Assembly: GCF_036321535.1 (NCBI RefSeq)
Contig: NC_087447.1
Span: forward strand, 43,278,001 to 43,342,000
Source of the DNA: Camelus dromedarius
Lineage: Eukaryota
Length of the DNA: 64,000 bases
Reading direction: 5' to 3'
Made by a program: the position numbers and the translations under genes. Under the pieces are notes generated by a model. It made no database searches and was not told the DNA's origin. It was given only the letters and a program-made list of their open reading frames with translations. Position 1 is the first letter of the stretch. The number at the start of each line of letters is the position of its first letter. Positions 54,376 through 64,000 of this stretch are shown here, one piece after another.

Positions 54376-54905
54376 CTGAGGAGAAAAAGCAGGGGTGACT
54401 CCACGGCCTGGTGCCTCACCTCATCATCCCTGCCCCTCGCCTGGCCAGACAGCGGTCACTCAGGGCCTCCTCCGGGGTCTCGGTCCCGGCCGCTTCAGGC
54501 CGGAGTTAGTGGGATTGGGCAGAGGGACTCCCGGCAAGGGCTGGCTCTGTGGGGCCGGGGCCAGCAGGCAGGCAGCTGAGAACGAGGGCAGTAATGACCG
54601 AAGCCGGGGGAATGGAGCACAGGGGCGGGGTGGAGGCTGCAGGAGGAGCCCACTAGCAGAGGAGCTGCCGGGGGCAGAGGCCTCACTCCCGTGTTGGAGG
54701 AATCCCCCCGAGATCCTGGGCAAGCAGAGGAGCGAAGCCCCCTGTTCACCTGTCTAGAGCCCGAGGCTTTGGAAGGATAAGGATAGGACCCCGTGTGGTG
54801 GTGGGGAAGGGGAGGCCTTGGGACTGCAAAGGGGTGAAGTCGTAGGGGGTATAGTGGACAGGGGCTGGGGGCCATGGGCTGAAGGCGGGGGTGTCGAGTG
54901 CTTAC

Positions 54906-54973
54906 CGATCTCTTCGGTGGCCCCGTTTCAGGGGCCCAGGTTTCCTGTGTTGCTTGGAATGCTGAGATCCCAT
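54906..54973 (-). CDS. TUB: TUB distal alternative first exon, intact coding part (MGSQHSKQHRKPGPLKRGHRRD-R)
   Basis: ATG at 54973; CG|gtaagc donor (phase 2); peptide matches the human long TUB isoform N-terminus as recalled. Confidence 0.85.
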
Positions 54974-55062
54974 GGGCCGAGGAGTGCCTCCTGGGAACAA
55001 AATCCCTGTCTCGGCAAAAGGGTGCAAACCCAAAAAGAAGGCAAAGGGGTCCTGGCCCCCAT
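54928..55062 (-). other. Out-of-frame overlapping uORF from the MGARTPLPSFWV ATG (44 aa)
   Basis: gccATGG at 55062; reads MGARTPLPSFWVCTLLPRQGF...GP, stop TGA at 54930-54928, in a different frame from the MGSQ ATG at 54973. Confidence 0.75.
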
Positions 55063-55197
55063 GGCAGCCAGGGGATGGGGTGTGTTTGGGGGCTGGTCCT
55101 GTTCAGGCTGCACACAAAGACCTGGAGCCCGTTGCAATTCCTTGTTTCACTCAGCTCAGCACTGAAGCTAGCACAAGCCACCTGGGTGTCTTCCTCC

Positions 55198-55408
55198 ATC
55201 ACCGTGGCAACAGTCAGAGAAAAACCACCATCACTGATTCATTAGGATGTGGAAAACCTCTCCACCGTCACAGTCTCCTTCTCAGACCCTTTAGGACAGA
55301 TTCAATCCCCAAGGCTTCAGTGGCCATGCTACTCAAGGACACCCAAGTGCTCGTTTCCATGGCAACACAGAGACTGTGTATCCCTGTATCTGTGGTTACT
55401 ATAGCAAC
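55198..55408. promoter_or_regulatory. RFX X-box cluster upstream of the distal TUB exon
   Basis: GTTTCCATGGCAAC 55353-55366, GTTACTATAGCAAC 55395-55408, weaker ATCACCGTGGCAAC 55198-55211. Confidence 0.7.
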
Positions 55409-58244
55409 CCCCACAGAGCCAGGTGCATTGAGGACAAAAGCCCCATCTGGAGGAACCAGAGCCAGACACATTCACTGATGCCCTCTCTGTGGCCAGCCCT
55501 GGGCTAGGGGTCAGTGGCCGGCTCTGTGCTGGGGGCACACTCATTGTGCCTTTGAGGGACTGATGGGGGATGGAGGATTTCCTTGTCTGTGTCCTCAGCC
55601 TCTTTTCCTCTCACTCCACCTGAAGTCTACCAAGTGAGCTTATCCCCTCATAGGGCTTCAGTTCCCACAGCCCTGACATAGAGACCACACATGCCTGCGT
55701 CATGGACCCACCCCCTTCCTAAACTCTAGACCCCTCCCCCTACCTGACCTCTGGACATACACCCTAGATGTCCCCAGCACCTCACACTGAGGTACACAGC
55801 CTGGGACTTCCTGTGAGTCCCATCATTCATTGTATACATTCTGTCTCTGTGGGTGACACATCCAGCCCGCCAGGTGCCGTTGTTGCTTCCTGTGTTTCTC
55901 TGTCCACCTTCCTCAGCCAGTGGAGACAAGCATCAAGCCCTTCTGAGGGTATCTACCAAGCATCTCTCACTCCGCCCTCCCCCTTCCCTAGACCCACATC
56001 CTCTGTGGGGCTTCCTTGTCTGCTGCCCAGATCTTCGCATCAGGATTGTGTCTGCCGCCAAACTTGCTCCTCTCAAATCCATCCTCTGACTGGCACCCAA
56101 GTGAGCATTCTAAATGCAAATCTGATCATGCCTCCTGACCTGCTTAAACCCTCCAGAAGCTCCCCACAGCCTCAGGACAGGATCTAAGCTGCTTTACTCT
56201 GCCCAAGTCTTGCCAGCCCCTCCAGCCTCCTTGACCACCACGAGCTCCTGCTCACATCACCTTCTGCCTCTCGCTTTCCCACATCCAGCCCTGCTTCTTT
56301 TTTTTCCTTATCCATCCTCAGCCACTCTCTTATAAAAATTATACTCACATTTTCCACAAGAGCTCAGAATAACAATTAGGAATCTTTGGGATTCAATTTC
56401 AAATTTCTGAGCAGAAAATAACGCCTCATTGCAAAACCAGACATCACTGACCCCACCCTGCCGGGATCCTGGAGCCCTTGGCCCCCAGGTCTGCCAAACA
56501 GGCAGAGAAAGATGTGTGGGGAGACTGTAAGTGGCCGAGAAGGGGAGTACAGAGATGAGCCCATTCTGTCAAAAATTCTCATGGCCTTCAGAGAACGGAA
56601 GGACTTAGACTGTTAGCTGAGAGGGCATCTCATCCCCTGCCCTTTGCGTTACAGATGGAAAACTCAGGCTCAGAGTGAGGAGGGGCCAGCCAGGTTCCCA
56701 GCTCTCAGTGTGATGTTCTCTCCACTTTGAAACATGCCTCAAACTTCAAAGCCAGTGCCAGGAAGACAGCACAAAACATACGTGCACAGACATACTGCAT
56801 GTGGCAGCGTCCAGGTGGGTACGTGTACATGTGTGGCCACCTGGAACCAGAAACCGCATCCCTCCATCTCTCAGGAACTCTTCCAGGTGTCTTCTGTCCC
56901 ATTTCTGGCAGAACAGAACTTTGCAGCCAGAGTCAAAGGGCACCTCAAAGCCAATGCTGAGGCAAGCACACTTTCTCGAGCACAGCATCCCCCTGGTCCC
57001 CTTCCCACTGAAGCTCTCAGGTTTATACACTGATCCACAGAAATACGGACCATGAAAGACCATACTAACTAGATGAAGCCAGCCTCCTCCAAGGAGGCCC
57101 ATCCTCACCTTGAGGCTTCATGTCACCCTGGGGGAGGACTGGGGCAGGATGGAGAAAAGGAATCACGGAACCTCAGGGCTGGATAGACTGTATCCCTCAA
57201 GAGTCACCCCTCCTGCGGCAGGAAGCCCTTTGGAAGCTAAGCTGATCGGCAGGGGATTATGAATCCTGTGAGTGGAGTGCACGCTTCCCGCATCGGGGTG
57301 CTTGTTCTTTCCAGAGCGATCCCTCCCCCTGCAGTCAGCAATTTCTTCTCCTCTTCAAGCCCAAATACATTTCCCTTTAATTCTAGTTCTGTCCTCTGAG
57401 GCCCCGCAGAATGTGACCCTGTCGTCAGTCATGATACTTGGCAGTTTCTGAGCCCTTGTACATACATTAGCTCTTTCAGTGTGAGCGCAACCCTCAAAGG
57501 AGGGCACGGTTGTTGATACTTTCCCAGAGGAGGAAACTGAGGCCCAGAGAGGGAGTGACTCACCCAGTAAGCGTAAGCAGCAGAGCAGGCACTGGATGAA
57601 CTACTGCCATGTGGGGAGTGGAGACAGGGGAGCCTGGGCAAGGAGGTGGTGAGAACAACCGGGGGGAAGTGCTTCCCCTGCATTTCACCTGAGCTCCTTG
57701 GGTCTCCTACTGTGACAGCATCGGGACACCGAGTGACTGAGTGACCTAGGCCTGGACCTTGATGTGACAATGCCTCAAGTCCAGATACAATTTGGTGTCC
57801 TGGGCTCCCCTTCAACAAAGATCTTTCTGAAATGTTTGTTTAACCTTCAGTCATGCTAAGCACAGTGGGGTGGGAGGGCGGGGGCGGGGGCAGGGAACAG
57901 GTGTGCCTTGTCTTAAAGACCAGGTTCAGCAAAACCAATGCCTTTCAGTGAACCCAGACCTACCCTCTGCAGAAGGCTGGTTAGCCAGCATCCATGTTTC
58001 CTTCCACCTTTCGCCTCCCTGCACAAACAGATCATCACAGCCTGCCTTTAGCCACGCGCTGTCCTCAATCTGCCCCACCTGGGAGGGATTCAGGTAATGT
58101 AATTCTCTCCAGCTCCATACACATCCAGCAATGTTTCAGTCCTTTGAGACCAATGTGTCAGGGACACTGTCAAGCATGCCTGGCTGGATGTGATTATAGG
58201 AGTGGGGCAAGACCAGGGTGTTCTGTCCTCCAGTTACCGCAGCA

Positions 58245-58258
58245 GTTACCATGGCAAC
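58245..58258. promoter_or_regulatory. RFX X-box motif
   Basis: GTTACCATGGCAAC, full match to the palindromic X-box consensus. Confidence 0.6.
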
Positions 58259-58448
58259 CTGCAGGCCCTCTGGGAGATAGATGATGAAGGCTAAAGCAGG
58301 GTCCAGAGGCATGGAGTGGAGGATGGGCAATGGGTGGGACAGCCCATGGCGGGGACCCCGGCGCAGAGAGAAGCTGAGTACCTCCAACCTGAAGCAGTAG
58401 ACAGAACAGAAGAGGCGGGGGTGGAGGCCCCAACAGTAAGTAGGGGAG

Positions 58449-58834
58449 CAGGGCCAGAACTGGGGTGAGCTAAATGGGGTACTTGCTCCTGGGGTGCAAA
58501 ATTTAGGGAGATACTGGAAAACCCAGTGATAAATCATATTTAAATCAAGATGAGTGCAAACGTATCATTGGTAAAATATCAAAATTATAAAGGCAGTCCT
58601 ACAAGGCTGGAATTAGAGTGAGGCCAGTGAGGCCAAGTCCTGCTCTCCAGGGTTGGATACTGTCTTTATTACAGTTTTCATGTTGTTCATTATGGATGTT
58701 TTTGCATTCATTTTGGTTGTTAAAAATCACTGCATTAAAATATGATTTATCAGGATCACTGAGCTTTTTGGCAGTCCCTTAAATTTTGTACCCGACGTAA
58801 ATGACTCACTTGCTTCACCCCAGTCTCAGGCCTG
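58449..58834 (+). mobile_element. MER96B-like hAT MITE
   Basis: ~60-bp imperfect terminal inverted repeats (cagggccagaactggggtgag...gggtgcaaaattta and its reverse complement at the right end); 8-bp TSD taggggag / aaggggag. Confidence 0.8.
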
Positions 58835-60413
58835 AAGGGGAGGACAGACTAAGTTAGGGGCAGGAGGGGCCCTTGCTGGTCATGTGACAAGTTACCAAGA
58901 GACATGGGTTCATGTCTGTAAACCGCAGGGATTCCTCTCAGTTCTGAAAGAACCAGATTCAGATATTACAAGAGTCTGCATCGTGCAGATTGCTGTTGGG
59001 GAGCACAGGTGCCCTGCATGCACGTGGGCCCCCTGCATTCGGGGGTGACAGTGACTCAGAGGGTGGCTCCCTTCTCTGGCCCTCCCTCAGACTGGCTGCT
59101 AAGGGGAGGGGAGCGGGGAGAAGAGGAGAGGGAAGGGAGGGGGCGGGAAGGGAGGGGGCGGGCAGGGAAGAGGCTGGCAGTTTTGCATGGCTGGGAGCAG
59201 GAATGGCAGATTAGCTGTAATTGCCTGAAGATGAGAGGCTGTTGATAAATGTTCCTAATAATCAACCTTCAGATCTGACACCAGCTCAGGCTGGGATTAC
59301 TGTTTTGAATGGAAATCGAACCCAAACCAGTAATTACCCTGGTGAGCGATGCCAGTCTCGCTCTGGAGCCTGTTCCAGGCAGGGAAATGGCACCTGAATG
59401 TCAATGTCAGATGTCAGGGAGAGGATTCTGCAAGGGGCCCCTTCCCAAATGCACAAGCTGGCCTGGCCTCTACTGACTCCATGGGGCCCGGTCAACAGAA
59501 ACACCCGCCCGTCATCCACAGCCTCTAAGCAGCATCCAAACCTCAGACCTCATTTGCACTGTCTGTCACCCTTGGGCTGGGTGAAGGCCTCTGTGGACAC
59601 CATCGTTAGCTGTCAGAAGCAGTTGCCTGACTGATGGTGGTCCTCCCCAACACAAATGCAGCCCTCTGAGCCTCTGTCTGGGACCCCTGGACAGCCACAC
59701 AGCTGTTCGCTCTTAGGCTAGGGGGCTCCTGGAATGGGCTGAGCTGGGGCCAGATGAGAGGGGCAAGGCCACCACAGGTGCTAGAGCCCACCCTAGCCTG
59801 TCTCCACCCCTGAGGAGCCTACTCTGGCTTCTGGGGCCAGACGAGGGCCAAGTGTGCCTGGGAAGTCTTCCTGGAAACCAGCAGCACTCTCTGGCCCTGG
59901 CCTGTGTCTCCATCCTATCTAGAGGACCCCCCAGAATGCTGGCACCACCCAGAACAGGACAGAGAGGGAAAGGCTGTCTCTGTCTCTGAATCAGCTCCCC
60001 TCCACGGTGCACTCGTGCCTGGATCCTTCCCCCTGACTTCCCAGCAGCGTAGCTGGACACTAAAGAAGCACTAGACACACCACGGCAGTAAACAGTGATG
60101 GCAAGACTCTCTCCACCACCAAACACCTTCTGCCCCCTCCGCTGTGCCAGGCTCTGTCAGGGAGGATAAGTAGGCAGGTGATGACAGATCATCCATCACA
60201 AGTGCAGGTTGTCCCAGATGGCCTCTCTCTACGTCCAAGTAAAAATGCCCTGAATTAGAGTCTGGAGGTGTCAATGAGCTGCCTCAGGGGGCAGACAGAG
60301 CTGTTCAGGCCTAGGGAGATTCAGAATGTGTGTGACCACAGCCTTTCAGGCTAGAACTGGAGAATAGTGGGCAAGAACGCTCAGGCTTCCCCAGCAGGAG
60401 CCGACACCTCAAG

Positions 60414-60430
60414 GGTGCCACCTAGTGGCA
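60414..60430 (-). promoter_or_regulatory. CTCF motif
   Basis: Minus strand TGCCACTAGGTGGCACC fits the CCASYAGRKGGCRS core. Confidence 0.6.
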
Positions 60431-61034
60431 GCATAGCAAGAATGCAGCTCTGTCTTCAGGCCCTGGGGTTTCCCTCTTACCCTTGAAACAGACCCCTGAG
60501 CTCAGCAGTGCGAAGGGGAACCAAGAAACAAATTTAGCTTTGCTCTCAAAGACTCGAGGCTTGAAGGAAAAAAGGGCACAATGGGCCCAGTCCGGTCACC
60601 TGCTCCTGGCCTGGCCCACAGAGAGGTGACAGGAAGCCCAAACCCAGAACCGACCTGCTCATCCTCTCAGCTGCGGTGACAGATGTGGGGTCCCAGAGAA
60701 GGCGTGCTCGCCATCAGCTAACTCACCCCGTTCCTGCGGCCTAGGAGGGGCTCACCATCAGCTCGGGGTCAGGTGAGGGTGCTGCAGGGGCTCAACCCTC
60801 AGCTCTCAGATATCCTATTGATTCTGGAATACCTGTTGCTCCCAACTGTCTTCCTCTCTTACCAAGGAAAGCAGCAGTGAGGAGACCCAGCGTATAGGTC
60901 CCAGGTGTGAGGAGCACTCAGCCTGGGGAGAGCAGATGTGTGGGGATGCAGAGGGGGGAGAGGGGTGTGCCCCGGTGTGGGGGGCGAGCTGGAAGTGTGG
61001 AGGGTGAAGGGGAGCATGCACTGGGGGATATCTC

Positions 61035-61208
61035 GGGTGGGTAAAGTTTTTCTTAAAGGGCCAGATGGTAAATATTTTAGGGTTACAACTCTGAGGTTGT
61101 AGAGTGAAAGCAGCCACAGCCAATATGTAAACAAACAGGTGGGCCTGGGGTCCACTACACTGTTTACAAAAACAGGCTGCCAGCCAGCCCACTGCTTGCA
61201 GATCCAGT
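61035..61208 (+). mobile_element. MER58A-like hAT-Charlie fossil
   Basis: ttcttaaagggccagatggtaaatattttagg...gaaagcagccacagccaatatgtaaac...tttacaaaaacaggc resembles the MER58 consensus. Confidence 0.75.
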
Positions 61209-61399
61209 CCAAACTTACTACCACCAAAGGGGCTGTTCCCTTTCCACCGCCCAGGCCACATCAGGGTAATAACCTCATTCCAAAGGCTGCCAGCAAGTAC
61301 CAGATGCTCAGTGGACTACTAAGCCCGTTTCACCCCTGTCTCTGAGGGCGAGGCTGGAGGTGGTGTCTGAAGGTTTAAGGTGCAGGGGCTGGAGTAGAA

Positions 61400-62300
61400 A
61401 AGGTCAGGGTGGTGAGTCGCGGGGCTAGTCGGGACCCCCAGATCTCAGTCCTACCCTCCTCTCCCTTTCCCCCAGGCACTCAGGGCAAGGGCACTCACCT
61501 GCAGGGAGAGGCTCTACGTAGCAGCGGCTACTCTCCCTCCTTCCCCTAGGGGACCTCTCTCCGTCTAGCTGATGCCCCTCCAGCCCCTTCCCGAGCAGGA
61601 AACCCCCAAAGCCGGGCGGAGGGATGTGACTGAACCGCCCCGAGGACACGCCGCCGGACAGATGACACCCCAGGGAGGACGAGGTGGCCCGAGGGTGGAG
61701 GAGATGTAACCCGGCACCAGGCCCCAAGGGCCTGGGAAAGGCCAGGCTGGAACCAAACCCCGCCCCGCGAGGCCGGGCCAGGCAGCCCCCACCCGGTCCT
61801 GGGACACAGCCTTGGGGCCTGCGCCAGCCTCCCCACCCCAGCTCCGGTCCCCCCGCAGTTGGCGCCGTCGCGGGCAGATCGGGAGTCGCGGGCTCGGGCT
61901 GGTCCCTGGGCGCTCCGGTTACACTAAAAGTGAGACCGAGCAAGATGGTATCTAGGCCTCGCGGAGGCAGCGCGGGCTCATCCAACATTGATGCGGCCCT
62001 GGATTGCCCCAGAACCCCTCGTGGCGCTGCGGACTCAGGGGCGCCGCTCTCAACTCCTTTGGGATGGGCGCGGCGGGCAGGAAGGGGTCCGCCCCGCCGC
62101 TCACCACCCAAGGTCACACCTGCACCTTTCAGCCCCAGGGAGATCTAAGCGGACCCCTCCAGCGCCTCGGGGCCTTGGTGGGTCCCCGAGCGCTTCTACC
62201 CTCACCAGCCGCGCAGAAACTGCCCAGGCAAGGTGACTCTCAGAGCAGGCTCAAGGCGCAGTCCTTGTGCCAGGCAAATGGGCAGTGGACTGGTCCCCTC
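61400..62300. promoter_or_regulatory. Second CpG-rich island, candidate upstream promoter
   Basis: Dense CpG/GC-box sequence; minus-strand consensus donor CAG|GTGAGT at 61499/61498. Boundaries approximate. Confidence 0.65.
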
Positions 62301-62380
62301 CCCGCTTCCCAAACTTCCCCGCTATGTGTCCAGGGGCAAAAGGGTGGGAGGAAGGGAGGCAGGGAGGGAGCTGACCAGTA

Positions 62381-62404
62381 TCTCTCTCTGTCTGTCTCTC
62401 TGCC

Positions 62405-62470
<66 letters not shown>
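62381..62470. repeat. Compound (CT)n-(CA)n microsatellite
   Basis: Directly visible. Confidence 0.95.
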
Positions 62471-62473
<3 letters not shown>

Positions 62474-64000
62474 GTCAATTCTCTCTAGCACACCACTCCC
62501 ACTCAAATACACATCACTCTCACACATCCACATATAGCCAGGCTTGGTGGTGCACACACCCTTCTCTGCAAAGGTACACAAACTCATCAGTACACACAGT
62601 GGTGCACACACCCCAGATATACTCTTTACTGGTGTACACACTCAGTTGCACCCACCAGCAAACACACTCACAGAAGCTTTCTCCTAGAGGAGCCCGACCC
62701 ATCACTGCATCAGCCCTCTGACACTTGGTGTTGGAGAGGAGGGAATACCACCCAGAATGTCCCACCCAGGGCAAGCCAGACTGGAGGGAGGGCCCAACAC
62801 AAGAGCAGGGCGTGCCCTCTCTGTGCGTGGTGCATTCCTGGCCTAGTGTTTAGTTGGTCTGCAGGGCTGGAGGAGCAGAGCCAGGTTGGGATTAAGTCTT
62901 TGCTGAGGAATGTGACCTTGTAAGAAGATAATCCTAGCTCCTGCAGGCCCTCCCTGACTTCATAGGTTCCCTGGCCTGAACTCCACCCCTCATCCTGACA
63001 CTGGGTCCCACTGGGGCTGGCCCAGTTCTCTGGTGGTGTTCACCTGCCGAAATCTGCCTCCCGTGACAACAGCATGGGCAGGCTGTTCCCTGAAGCCTGC
63101 TGACTCCCCACAGCTGACAGACCCACCTACACAAACGTGCAGGGTTTTCTTTGTTCGTCTTCAGATTAGAAGACCAGATTGTCTGCCCAGGACCTCGGAG
63201 AGGGGCTGCCTGGGAACACACACCTGGCTCAGGATGGAGAGCACAGGTGTGCCCCTCTCCCAAGCCCATGCTGGACCAGAATCTCCCAGATGGGACCCAG
63301 GCTCAGTTGCACTTGTCAATCAGGGCACCAGATTTTCTAGAATGAAGAAATTAAGATATCAACAGGTACCCATGAGCCCCTACATGGCAACTGCTCTCCG
63401 GACTGTGGGCATAGCTGGCCTTTCCTTCCACCTTTGGTCACAGATATGAGCCTCTGTCCCGGGACCTCTCTGCCTTTGCTTGCCTGCCTCCAGTGACCCT
63501 ATCTGAGAAACTGCAGTGACTGATGACTTCAAATCTCAGTGGGCACAAGTCCTAAGGGACTCAAGAAGTCTTTGCCTGAAATCCACAACTGACTCCTCTT
63601 CTCACCTAATCATCCTGAGCCTCAATCATACCAGCTACATGGGAGACAGACCACCTCCCTCACTCACTGTCCACGTTCAGAACTATTCCCCCACTCACTC
63701 CAGTACCACCTGTCCCATGGGCCCCACCCAGTCCAGCTGTCCAGGTCTTATACTGCTCCAACTCCATCAAAAGCTCTGGAATGAGGCGGTGCCTCCTGTC
63801 TCCAGTCACCTACCTCTGGTGGCCGCCGAAGCCTCCCTTGCCCAGCCACCCCTAAGCTGGCACTGCCACCCCAGGGCTTCCGATCCCAGCCTGCCCTGTT
63901 CTCGTCTCTCCACCCTGGCCTTTCCAATCATAGAGCACACACTGAGGCCACAGGTCATGAACTCGCAGAACACCAGAACTACAAGAGTGCTTCGTCACGC

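Noticed and set aside
54495..55202. 235-aa ORF spanning the distal exon
   Set aside because: Reads through the splice donor into intron in a frame that matches no TUB sequence.
61499..61585. Possible orthologue of another TUB first exon that I recall as MEGVSSHR...YDS
   Set aside because: Only vague similarity (no ATG, wrong length and phase); that exon probably lies beyond the window end.
61425..62117. 230-aa minus-strand ORF and overlapping ORFs
   Set aside because: GC-rich CpG-island ORFs open in several frames, no recognisable domain, and out of phase with the TUB acceptors.
1..64000. CRISPR array, prokaryotic operon or foreign insert
   Set aside because: No repeat-spacer periodicity or gene-dense segment seen; composition and repeats are mammalian throughout.

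Overview
Mammalian genomic DNA, probably camelid (two tRNA-Ala-derived vic-1-like SINEs). It holds the 5' ~80% of the TUB (tubby) gene on the minus strand. Ten GT-AG coding exons of the short MTSKPHSDW isoform run from 18810 to 219 (1209 nt, 403 codons; the last exons lie off the left edge), with a CpG-island promoter at ~18.4-19.3 kb. Two distal alternative 5' exons (54906-55062 and 54328-54375) match the human long-isoform N-terminus as I recall it. Most notable: the first ATG of that distal exon is frameshifted relative to human and opens an overlapping out-of-frame uORF. The intact frame starts at MGSQHSK, an N-myristoylation motif followed by a polybasic tract, and lies downstream of a cluster of RFX X-box motifs. 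This suggests an RFX-driven, possibly myristoylated ciliary TUB isoform (hypothesis). The rest is intronic/upstream DNA with L1, L2, MIR, hAT fossils, a probable solo LTR, microsatellites, CTCF-like motifs and a second CpG-rich island at ~61.4-62.3 kb. Comparisons to human TUB and repeat-family names come from recall, not database searches.
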